A stretch of DNA of 64,000 nt from Diadema antillarum (lineage: Eukaryota). Shown in pieces: positions 49,830 to 61,203 of the stretch (positions are counted from its first letter, which is position 1; every line of letters begins with the position of its first letter). The stretch is from the NCBI RefSeq assembly GCF_040938485.1, contig NW_027271783.1, forward strand, positions 1,426,001 through 1,490,000, written 5' to 3'. Made by a program: the position numbers and the translations under genes. Below the pieces are notes generated by a model that saw nothing but the letters and a program-made list of their open reading frames with translations, was not told the DNA's origin and made no database searches.

Positions 49830-50230
49830 AAGAAATATCCATATACTTGCATTGTAATACATTACATTACATATATAGTCTATTCATTAACATGTTTACT
49901 GGTATTTGTTTTTGCGCTTGATTTGTTCTTTTTATTTCTGCTTGTTTGTCTGCTAACAGGCAACGCACCTGGCTTCTGATGCGTATTTCCTACGTAGACA
50001 AATTTACGTCAAGATGAGATTTCATACCCAAAGAAATATCCATATACTTGCATTGTAATACATTACATTACATATATAGTCTATTCATTAACATGTTTAC
50101 TGGTATTTGTTTTTGCGCTTGATTTGTTCTTTTTATTTCTGCTTGTTTGTCTGCTAACAGGCAACGCACCTGGCTTCTGATGCGTATTTCCTACGTAGAC
50201 AAATTACGTCAAGACGAGATTTCATACCCA
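49830..50230. repeat. Near-perfect tandem duplication of about 200 bp
   Basis: AAGAAATATCC...TTCATACCCA occurs twice at an offset of 201/200, with a few differences. Confidence 0.95.
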
Positions 50231-50813
50231 ATGAGCCGTGATGTGCATCCTACCATTCAATTCTTCAATTTGTCTGGATTCCACTTTGTTTCATCATCAA
50301 AATCTCCAAATTCCCCAATACTTTCATTATGATCACATTTCCAGGGTTTTAAAAAAAGGAATCATGCGTGTTGCCCATTGTAAAGTAAAACAATGATGTA
50401 ACAGAGGAATAAAGGAAACCAAGGTTGCTGCGATAACCAATTCAAGCAAATCATAAAGCAAGAATTTTTGGCTTTGGAGGAATAATAGTCTGACGAATGA
50501 CACCTGGTTGAGAAGGCGCATTACTCGCTACAAGGGAATTTCCCAGTTTTGAAGACTCAACTTTTTTTTCTCTCTCTCTGTTTTACTCTTTCTCTCTTCT
50601 CTGCTTGTTTTGCCATCTCTCTAGGGGCTTTTACACTGCCACTGAAAAAAACACACAGTCTTTTGCACATTCCAGTAGTTTGTTAGAAGTTGCTAGGCAA
50701 CAATCAGTATATGAGCGATAAACTGGAATAAAAACATACAAACAAACCTCCTAAGAAGAGAATCTCTTTGAAACTCCACAATTCCATTTCTGATTTTAGC
50801 AAATGTCAATTAA

Positions 50814-51173
50814 AGGTCCTGTTTATCCTTGGGGAGCAGTGATTTTAAAAATGTTCAAGATATAACTTTTGATGCATATGTGCAGGTCAGTTGTATCACA
50901 AAACATCCTACCATATAAAATATTTGCAATAAAGCCTAAAATATTAGGAGATATCACTATTTTGCTCGTCAAACCATAACTGTAGACGGTTTAGTCTAGA
51001 AACATTTTCATTATAACTAATGTTCACATTTTGTATATCTAACATTACTTAACATCAATTATACTGGTTCAAATTTTCACATTGGTTGTCTCTATCCCTA
51101 ACTCACATTCTAGAACTATTTTGAAGCACTAATGCTGGGTTTTTGTTTCATCTGCAAATGGTAAATTATGCCT
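50814..51173. mobile_element. TTAA Kolobok-like MITE family C
   Basis: TTAA|AGGTCCTGTTTATCC...GGTAAATTATGCCT|TCAA. The same left terminus occurs inverted at 33478-33528. Confidence 0.6.
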
Positions 51174-51847
51174 TCAATGCTCACTCCAGGACTGGCCAGT
51201 TTTCTTCCAGTATTTGGTCACATGACATCTATACTACCCTTTGCAAGGGGAATCTCTTACCTGCCTGTCTACACTAAAGAGACAGCAGCAAGTTGCATAT
51301 GCCAACTACCTGAATATCCTGAATATTCACAAATGTGCATTTCCTGCCCAAAACACCAGAGATTTTTTTTTTTTTTAGCAGTGTGAATGGTACATCCAGA
51401 AACTCATGTTTTTGTTTTGTTTTTGTTTTTGGTAATATAAGTGCCCCTACTTTATTTCTCCTGTCATTTTTATGGCAGTCATTAGCTCTTTCTCTTCTCA
51501 TTACACGACCATAATTAAACAAATGAATATATAAATATATATACATATATATAAATATAGGGGCCGTGACGCAAGAAAAGGGTCCTTAGGGCATAAAATA
51601 CATATATACATACATATAAAATACATATATATATACAAATATGTATATTTATATATAATATTTTAATGTTCATACCAATGCATATGTTTATACATAGATT
51701 TCTCTTTGTGTAAAAATATATTTCTCTATCTCTCCACCAATCTATCTATGTGTCTCTATCTAATCTATATCTACCTCTCTACCCATCTGTCTGTATAGCT
51801 ACCTCATTTCCATTGATCTATTTCTCTCACTCATCTATCTCTCTTAC

Positions 51848-52009
51848 CGTGTCTAAGTGTGTCCTCTGGTGCTTTGCCCGGTCAGACGAATTGCTGAATG
51901 CCTTGGTGCAACCCGGATGTTGACAGAGGTACGGCTTCTCGCCCGTGTGGGATCGCAGGTGGATCTTCAGGTTCTCTAGGCGAGAGAACGCCTTATTGCA
52001 CCCTTCGAA
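51848..52009 (-). CDS. GLIS3: GLIS1/3-like zinc-finger gene, coding exon for ZF3 (part) and ZF4
   Basis: My minus-strand translation is [54 protein letters not shown] (162 nt, phase 0/0), flanked by ctgcag and gtaaga. It is near-identical to vertebrate GLIS3/GLIS1 fingers as I recall them. The exon is not in the ORF track. Confidence 0.97.
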
Positions 52010-53740
52010 CTGCAGGTATCAGGGCGAAGGAGGAGTATTTGGAGGAGAAAAAGGGGGAAACAATGTTAAAGTCGAATCATTTTGTGAACGAACAATATGA
52101 GAAACACAGGTTAACTCAATTGCATCAATGACTGTCAGATTAAACAATGGAAGATATATATTCACCTGGTAGAGATGGAGATGAAGAAGAGAAGTTTAGA
52201 TGGGGGAAGTCCCAAACATTTTGGGTGTTCAGTGAACAAAATCTGTTTGGATCTCATCAGCTTTTGTGCAAATACAAATACAGATACATTGCAGAGCAAT
52301 ACAAATGCCACTGTAAAAGTGCATCTCTGCTTGCATGATTTTTTGTTTTGTTTTGCACAGGGCCAATTTCAGTGAACTTCATTTGTTTATAATTTCGCCG
52401 ACAAGAGTTTTGATTGTACGATATTTGTGATTTCCCCAAATATTTTCATTGTTAAGATTTACGCTGCTCTATTGAGTACAAAATGTGGGACAAAAAAAAA
52501 AAGATTCCAGAAGGCTTAATATTCTATGCATACAACAGCTCATAACTATGGATCAAAGTTACAACTTACTTCAGATAAACATTCTCTGTATGCAGATCAG
52601 GATGTTGCCTGATGCAATTGTCATTTTTAAACAATCAAACAAATATGATATTGTTCTTTATGTGCTCAGTGATGACAGCTTGCTACAATGTATATATTCA
52701 GCAATTCGGGTATGTTACATAGCAATATGAAAAGTGAGACTCAACTTTAGTAATAGCATCTGACAAAATATCAAGGAAGCCAAACGGCATGGAAAAACAC
52801 CTCGGACTAGAAATATACATTACATAAGAACTAATGAGAAGTCTTGGCAAACATAACGCTTATGGTGACTGACTTGTCTAATGTCAAAACTCACATGGTT
52901 CACTATTTTCTGCACATGCATTTGTACACACCTCATCTTTTAGTACTGATGCTCTCTTTCCTACCTAACAATAAAGTGTACAGAAGTTATCTCTGGCAAA
53001 TTCTGACCATTTAAGTGCACTGCTAAATCAGTCATGATCGTGAAGAAGTATGAAACACAAGATTCCATGTAGCCCTTCGTGCAAACTTCTGGACATGTAA
53101 GCACGTTCAGGAGTGGTACGATCAGATTGCATGAAGGTCTGGTTACAATGTACTGACACTTGAGAGCACACATTCCTCCCTTTCTGTATCTAATTTCCTT
53201 TTTTATTTTGCTTTTTTGTGTCTTTTTTCTTGGGTGATGAAAGTCAGAAAACACTCATCTTCAAGCCAGCAGACATTTTTATTTGTTCTGCTCATAAGAC
53301 AGTAGACGGCATTGTATAATGTGCCCTGCGCTTGATATCAGACTCTCATTAAAAGCATCAAGAAACTATTTTTTGATGCACGACCATTTTTTGCTACAGA
53401 TGTAGGCCAAGAATGTGCAATTTGCAATTTGACTCATTTTATCAGATTACTTTGAATAAAAACATCTTAACATCAGAAATTGTTCTCCTTTTCACTGAAT
53501 AAATCATACTTTAAAGGACCTTGTCAATGTGATGTAATAACCTGCCTTTGTAGGCTAACCAAATATTGTCCATTCAAAGGAAACACCACAGAAGAGCTGG
53601 CCTTTAAAGACAGGTGGTCACTATAGACAGACTGTCAGCCAACTTGACATTATCATATAGATACAATAATAAATGTCACACAGACAAATCTTGTGAAAAT
53701 ATAATAAATGTGATACAATCATGAGGCCCATTGACACATA

Positions 53741-53924
53741 CAGTAAACTCCCATTATAACAAATACTGTTAAAACGAAATTTTCATTACAACGCAGCAAA
53801 AGTTCAGGTCCCCAAATTACCACCTATATATCTTTACATAATTTACTGCTCAGCTTCAACAAAATTTTGACACAATGAAAGAAAACAGCTGATCCCGTGG
53901 ATTTCTTATAATGGGAGTGCACTG
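53741..53924. mobile_element. pogo-like CAGT...ACTG MITE
   Basis: TA|CAGTAAACTCCCATTATAA...TTATAATGGGAGTGCACTG. Confidence 0.7.
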
Positions 53925-54084
53925 GACCAAAAAATATATAATAGATTATGCTGGACAGATTTTTTTTTTTCATTGTGATGCATATCATGAGAGTTACCAA
54001 TTTTTTGTGTCTACACACAAGAATTACTGGATTTTGCATCGTGTTAAAGAATATCGAATTTTCAAAAAATCACTAATATATGTG

Positions 54085-54088
<4 letters not shown>

Positions 54089-54165
<77 letters not shown>
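54089..54165. repeat. (AT)n microsatellite; another AT-rich tract lies at about 51528-51660
   Basis: Read directly from the sequence. Confidence 0.9.
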
Positions 54166-54167
<2 letters not shown>

Positions 54168-54708
54168 AATATATGTGTGTGTACAGGATTCTTAAAGTTG
54201 CCAAAGCAAATTCTTTTTCCCATCCACAACAATGCTCAGCTAGCAGGACATGCTAACCACCATTGAAAGGTAAATAAGACATATCAATCACGAAATCTAG
54301 TCTGTGTTGTTTCTTCTTAAAAAACAGCACTATACTGTGGATCTGATATTGCTATAAGACATGTGTAGTCATAATAAGATGATCATAGGCTGCGTTTATC
54401 AACTTTCCCATGTTTGAAACACGTATCAATACCCACTATCAAAATGAGTTTTCGGATCTCAGGTTGTTTCTTGAGTTGTTGCATTTATCAACTCTGTCGT
54501 GAGTCGATTGGGAGGCTTTGTTACTGTGCATCTCCATTGACGGGACAGAAAATCTCAAGATTTTTTGCTCCAGCATTCACACACATGCCAGATTTCGAAT
54601 TATTGTACTATTTTTCAAATTATTGTGATTTCTCAAATTATCGCAATTTCTAAAATTCTTGGGACTTGGATCACGATGCTGATTGCACTATCTTTGATAG
54701 TGGGATTA

Positions 54709-54894
54709 CAGTACACTCCTGTTATAACGAACACAGTTATAACAAAATTCCTGTTACAACGAAGTAAAAGTTCGGGTCGCAACGTTATTCGCTCTATGTA
54801 TTCTTAATGTTTATTTATTGGATTAAAACGAAATTTCGATATAACGAAAGAAAACTGCCGGTCCCACAGACGTCGTTATAATGGGAGTCCACTG
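54709..54894. mobile_element. pogo-like CAGT...ACTG MITE (same family as 53741)
   Basis: TA|CAGTACACTCC...GGAGTCCACTG|TA, with repeated TTATAACGAA-like motifs. Confidence 0.8.
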
Positions 54895-54955
54895 TATTGT
54901 CCACACAGGCAAAATCTCACGATGTGTATCCCCCTCATCAGTGTGAATCCCACTA

Positions 54956-55162
54956 CTGTAAAACGAGAAATGTTCGCGTGCATTCTAATTTCGCGAATTT
55001 CGCGAGCGCCAAGATTCGCGAAATTAAAATGCACACGAAAGTTCTTGTCTACACTATATGCATTGAATGCCAGTGGCAGTTCGCGAAAATTTCATGCCGC
55101 AAAAAAGGCCGTCGGCTCCAATTCGCGAAAAATTCATGCCGCGATTATATCATGTTTTACAG
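54956..55162. mobile_element. TA-flanked CTGTA...TACAG MITE
   Basis: TA|CTGTAAAAC...GTTTTACAG|TA, with multiple TTCGCGAA palindromes. Partial relatives lie at about 23030-23160, 43690-43825 and 56880-57080. Confidence 0.8.
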
Positions 55163-55437
55163 TATTTTGATTTTTTTTGTTGTTGATATTCTCAAAAGCT
55201 GATGCTACCGGGATTTGAAGGAACGCTCAACTACGTCTGTTGCTTGCCAGCACGTGGCACTGATCCCTGCCATCATCATGGCTAAAAAGGTCTGCATAGC
55301 TACTGCCCAAATGTCGTTTCCGGAATAGATTTGAAAGCTCCTGTCAATGCGCTGACAAAGTTCAAAGGCATGGACTGACAATTCTCGATACAGACTGAGG
55401 CAGTCATGTACTCATGAAACTTTTATCATCTGGCATA

Positions 55438-55644
55438 CTGTAAAACCAAAATTATTTGAGGCATGAAATTGTTGCAAATTGGAGCCGACAGCCTTTTTGG
55501 GGGCACAACATTTATGCAAAATGTCACTGGCATTCACTACATAGTGGAGACAAGAACTTTCCAGTGCATTTTAATTTCATGAATCTTGGCACTTCCCAAA
55601 ATTCACAAAAAATTTAATGCACGCGAAAATTTCTGGCTTTACAG
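55438..55644. mobile_element. CTGTA...TACAG MITE, inverted diverged copy of 54956-55162
   Basis: TA|CTGTAAAAC...GCTTTACAG. The internal sequence is the reverse complement of the neighbouring copy. Confidence 0.75.
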
Positions 55645-57944
55645 TGCGTTCATAAAGAAGAAAATCTAAAACCTGACATCCGCAAAATAGTGTTCAAAAT
55701 GCAGACATTTGGCAGTTGCTAGGAGCAGAATACAAACAAGATTCCTGAACATATTTGAGTGCTTTTGGTCTAAACAGCAGGAGCTTAACATGTCTCAACT
55801 TTAAGAATATTGTTAAAAAAGGAAAAAAATCTGTAGAGGGATATATCTCTCTCTTACTCTCCTGATAAAAGCCTCTTGTAAATTCTGTCAAAATAAATGA
55901 TATCGAGAAATTCTTTAAAACACCTGGGACACGATTTCATGACACTCCTGCACATCAATGAACATGTTGTTTGAAGAGAGATAGAGAGAACAGAAACAAG
56001 ACTTCCAGAGCCGTGGGGCGAAAACTTGAATCGCGGAGAATGACTTGAATAAGACAGACAAATGTTCAATGATGCGGGATTCTTTCAAGTTCAAAGATCT
56101 ATAAACAAAATGCCACTTGTCACACTGCAAAGCTAAAGAGAACCAAAAAGCCGGCATAACCAAGGGGCGCAAAGAAAGAAAAGACGGTGTAAGCTTTCAC
56201 CCCTTTGTGCATCAACCGGCGGCCCGCGAGAGATCGCAAAGAAAAGCGACAGAATAGAAAACGTGAAAGGTCCCTAGCAGAGGGGTAAAATTTACAGCCC
56301 TTTGGGGAACTGCTCTTCAACAACTCCACTCCACAAGAGGCAGATACGCCGTCACTGCACTGCCGAGCAGCGCCCCTGCCACATTGTTGCCAAGACATTC
56401 TCCGCGGTGAATGTTCCTCGAAGCCGAGGAAGAGGTCAGAGAAAGAGCCGCTCATCACATGACCTCGATATCACATGACCTATTAGACTGCAGACAGAGA
56501 AACTAGAAAGATTGAGCCCCAGGCCCGACTACCCCTTTATCGTGAATGGCGCAAACATAAGACTACCCTCTTGCATTCCTTCCCACACAGGTGGAACATG
56601 GAATTTCGTCAGAGCAAGAATCTGGTCCCATAAATTGTCTAATCATCATTTCAGACATGAGGATGTCATGAAGAGGTTGTTGTTTTCTCCTCTCTCATTT
56701 TTCAGATAGACAACCATCACGTTCACACACACTTTTTAATGAATGGTTAGTTGAGAATCAATTTTCTTATTTTTGCAGTGTTATGCGAAAACCTTCAATT
56801 CTTGTGTGTGGACACAAAACTGTCATTAAACTACCGTGATGTGAAAATCGGCCAAGTTGATTTTCTTTTAATTCTCATACTGTCAAATCAGATATTTTCG
56901 CATGAGCAATTTTTCACGCTCAGCTGAGTAAGATGAGTCTTATGTATTTTTAATTTTGCAGAATCAAGACATAACTGTTGAAAAATATGGCATGCAAAAA
57001 TATTCCTATGCTTTTATTTTCGTGTTAGCTTCTGGTTGCGCGAAATGCGTGTAAATTTCAATACCGCAAAAATTTCCAATATTTCCAATATTCTTAATTT
57101 CATAACGTGACTCGCCACACTGTGATACCCTAGGTCATGCTCCAGCCATCGTTTAGGCATGTGCAATCTAGTGATTTAAAAAATGCTTCATTTGCAGCCC
57201 GGTTATATTTTCTTACCATGTGTGTGAACGGTGGTAAATAAAGTCGATTTTCGCATTGAAAAGCAAAAACAGATAACTCCTGTGTGTGAATGCAGCTAGA
57301 GAGACAACCTTGCCAGATATCTTAAGTGAGCTCTCGGCCAATTAGCACATTTCTGGAGCGACATGGAAGTCATGGAGGTCAGCCGCGAGAGCAGACAACA
57401 CTCGTAATGATGTATCATTCTGGTCGACCACCACACCCGTCATCCATCCATCGGCATCACTTCATCACGGCACCATATTCATCAAACACTTCTCTAAGGC
57501 AAATTTGAGGAGGACGTGGATCAACAATTGTGAATTTATCAGGAGCTCTTGGAACACTTTCATCAAGGGGCAAAAAAAACCAACAAAACAAAACTTGAAC
57601 AACTGAGATATCTCATGAAACTTTCGTTTCCATCCTAAAGGGTGAAAATGATTCAGCTAGAAAATGATTCAGCAATAAACAACCACACAAGAGCAACACA
57701 ACTGGCTGTGCCTTCTCACGTAGTCAGTATGTTCCATCACAAGTATTAGATCTAGATGTGTGACAATGACGATTTACCTTCTACCCCCTATGAAGGAAGA
57801 AAATGTTTCTCAATTCATTTTCACCCATCTAATACCATTTCACATATCAATTGGTTAAAGTTAGGCTAAAAAAATGACATTCTTAGTCATCTTTGACCTA
57901 TAACCTGACTTGGCACTGAGATGAAAAGCATATCGTCTCACTAA

Positions 57945-58434
57945 TTACCTCCGCCAAGGGAGGAGGTTATGTTTTCGTTACCGTTGGTTTGTTCGTTAGT
58001 TCGTTAGTTCGTTTGTCCGTGTGCAAAATAACTCAAAAAGTAGAAAACGGATTGGGATGAAACTTGCAGGACAGGTTGAGAATGACACAAGTAACAAACG
58101 ATTAACTTTTGGTTGTGATCCAAGAATTTTTGGGGGAATTTATGAAGGATTTTTGATATTTTAGCAAGTAGGGTCAATGAACTTGGGAGTTCAGGCTGCG
58201 CGTATTTGAGGTTTGCATGTGCGCACTAAAGTGCGTGCTCTAGTTTCTGCTAGGGCGAGGCGCGCCGTGCAGCTGAGGGTTTGTGACGTAACAAAGGCTT
58301 CTGTATTAGGAAATCGGGTGGTACGTATCTATATGGGTGGAAATCACTGATATCTCTGTGGAAGAACAAGATCAGTGGTGGAAATGAGCTGCATGCTTGG
58401 CGGAGGTCTGCGCTCTCAGAGTGCTTTTCTAGTT
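57945..58434 (+). mobile_element. Second Helentron-associated (DINE-1-like) element, different family
   Basis: SubTIRs CCTCCGCCAAG and CTTGGCGGAGG, a 5' hairpin followed by a GTTC/GTTA microsatellite, and a 3' hairpin GCGCTCTCAGAGTGC followed by a T-run. Confidence 0.8.
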
Positions 58435-60849
58435 GTTTACATATCTTGGTCCTCGTCACCAAATCATATTTCTGCTGGACAATCAGAGCTGAATTTCTGG
58501 CTAGAAATTACATTTACGTGGGAAGTTCGACGACTTTTGACCTGTGACATTGAGTAACCTTAAACAAAATCTTTCATTTCTATGTTTCAGGTAGCATACC
58601 TGCACATATTGACCAAGTAGGCCTACCATTAAAGGCCAGGAATCTTTTTCAAAATTGTGATACCGAGATGGCCGCATGGACAAGACATCCCCAAAACATC
58701 ATGACCTGCAATCTCAGGGCATAAGCATGTCAATTAGCAACACCTAAAATGCAGCAATATACTGAATATATTTACTGAACATCGTTACTTTCTATAAAAC
58801 AGCCCAAAAAGTAATCTCTTCCAGCCCCCTCCCAAAAAAAAGTAGCCAACTGCACACTCACATGCACAAAAATAACAATTGAAAATAGAATTCAAACTAA
58901 TAAGGTTATTCAAACAATGATGGATTCATTCTTTGATAGTTCTTAGCTCAAGATTGTTGTCGTAACCATTCTGTTTTTATATTTCTCACAGGGGACAATA
59001 TTTCCTGTAAAGCGACTGAGAAATATTGCACTTTGGTCATCCGAATGGTTTTGTCTCTGGGACATGGCCACAGGGACCGAAATGAATACATTCAAGGGAC
59101 TCCTGTGCATCGCTAGACTTGACCTGAGCAGGTTGCAAGAATTTAGTCCGAGCAAGGATCTCTAGCTTCAGTATAACTTTTCCCGATGTCCATGCTGCTT
59201 TGTGTTTTTATCTTATGCAATTTATTCCACCTTCAGGTATAAATTTGTATGATCTAAGGTATAACACTGCCAAGAAATACCATGTTTTTCCAGCTGTAAG
59301 TCTATCTAATTTTCGGCAATGAAGTGGTAATAACCACTGAAACATTGAACGAGCAGCATGAAAACACGCAATTTGTTGAAAATTATCAAGCACCTTGTTA
59401 AGGACAAAATGACACCTTTTTGACAGTACCTTGACCAGCTCTTACAATTCACATCCAGATCAAGGTGCCCCAGGAATTTCAACACATCACCAGCAGCCAG
59501 CACATTTAAAATTTACATATGCATTCATATGCATGCAACTGCTACAAATTGAATATTCATGAAATGCAAATTATATTTGTCTAATGTAGAATAGTAAGTA
59601 ACCCACATATCCAAGAGAAGGATACCTGAAGAATTCTGCACAAGCAATACATTTTACAAGTAAATATTGCAAATCAGAACTTTAAAAGAAGACTATTGCA
59701 GGTAAAAAAGTTTAATTCAATTGAAGTGATAGACTGAGATTTCTGTAAGCATCTCAGAGACTGCTTTTATGGAATGGAAGGCACTATTTCAACATTCCAA
59801 AAATATCACTGGACTCAAAAAGATCCCTGCATTTCTGGTGCATTGCATGTTGAAATGTAGTGTGATTGCTCAATGCTGGTTTGATCTAAACTTCTAAAGT
59901 TTAGGAACAGCGTGTGAACCTAACTAAAGACGTCTTGAGTGGCGGCTGTCTCTTTCCTCTAGTTCTAATGTTTCCTAGGGCAGTGTCTTGGAGTAAGGAG
60001 GTACAGTAAGGAGGAAGGGAGGGACCAGATGGAGGGATGCTGGCAGGGGGAGAGAGAAGGGGATGCTGGTAGGAGCTGGGCCGTACCAGGGGTATTGAGT
60101 AATGCCGTCCATGAAATATGGGAGGGTAAATTGGCATGACTGGACCGCATTATTTGCTCGTGACAGACGAGTAGAGTATTCCCTTTCCTCTGGGTCAGAG
60201 ATTCGAACCGAGAGGCGAGCAGATTTATGGTTTGTGTGGCTGCCGAGTTCATGATGCATGTGTAAACTTCTTCTAGCAGATCCACAAACTCATACTAATT
60301 GGGGGCAAAAGTGTGCATGACTCTTTCTCGGATGCTGTTGTGGTTGTTTTTCAAATTCAACACGAACAAGCTGTTGTTGTTGCTTTTTTCACAGGCCATA
60401 TTCAAAAAACAAATGACTTTTTACCATGAAGACACTGAACATGAAATTGGAAGAGAGTCCTAGTGTGAGACCACACTGTACAGCACACCAGATGAAAATG
60501 TACAAGAAGAGGGATGCCAACTTTAATGTTATCTTTGTTCTTCCTCTTCCTATTTCTTACACTGGCCTGCAATTATGAATCCACAACATCCATCTTCAAA
60601 CCACAGTACACTGCATCTCATGATACAAAGACTGATGATGACAATGATGATAGTGTCACAAATGTACACACTAGTAGTTATGTACATATGTATGATGTAC
60701 TGTATGCATGGTTGTTTTAATGTGTATGTACACAGGTTGACCAGATTAATGGAGAACATTCTATGTGGTATAGATATAGTACATACAGGCTGACCAGATC
60801 AGAGGAGAATTTTCTAGGTGGTATACAATGTAGCTATACAGTACATGCA

Positions 60850-61203
60850 TGTAACAGGAAATACATTATAGCTCACTCAATCTAGAATGATTTCACCCAT
60901 TCCAGAAAGTTCTGGGAAGTGCTAACATATTTGGCTGAGTGAGGCACTGTCCCTGTAGCCCAATGTGATTGGTAGTTATTCTTGGCAATGATGTTTTGTA
61001 CATAGATAGGCAGTGAGTCATCCAGATTTCCTGGAACTTAGACTGGCTAGTAGGTTGGAGAGAGTTATAGAATGTGCTAGAAGGGGTGAATAGATAGTAT
61101 ATAAGCTAGAGAAATTCTGCAGTAGGCAGAGTACCCAACACCTCTGCTCTGAGAGTTACGTCACTTCTGGCTCTGAAGCGACTTGTTATAGTCAGTCAGT
61201 ACA
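60850..61203 (+). promoter_or_regulatory. Candidate 5' LTR or promoter of the Gmr1-type element
   Basis: Begins TGTAACA, has TATATAAG at 61098-61105 and ends TACA directly before the ATG. The second LTR is outside the window, so the boundaries are unconfirmed. Confidence 0.4.

Noticed and set aside
56120-56458. 112-aa minus-strand ORF considered as an upstream GLIS exon
   Set aside because: It has no zinc-finger or GLIS similarity. The expected ZF1-3 exon is not found anywhere in 52010-64000.
59900-60290. GC-rich block with overlapping minus-strand ORFs
   Set aside because: No recognisable domain, and the purine/pyrimidine skew explains the open frames.
60300-60306. TGGGGGC as a tRNA-Pro PBS for the Gmr1 element
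   Set aside because: Only 7 nt match before it diverges (AAAAG instead of TCGTCC), and no LTR-like end precedes it.
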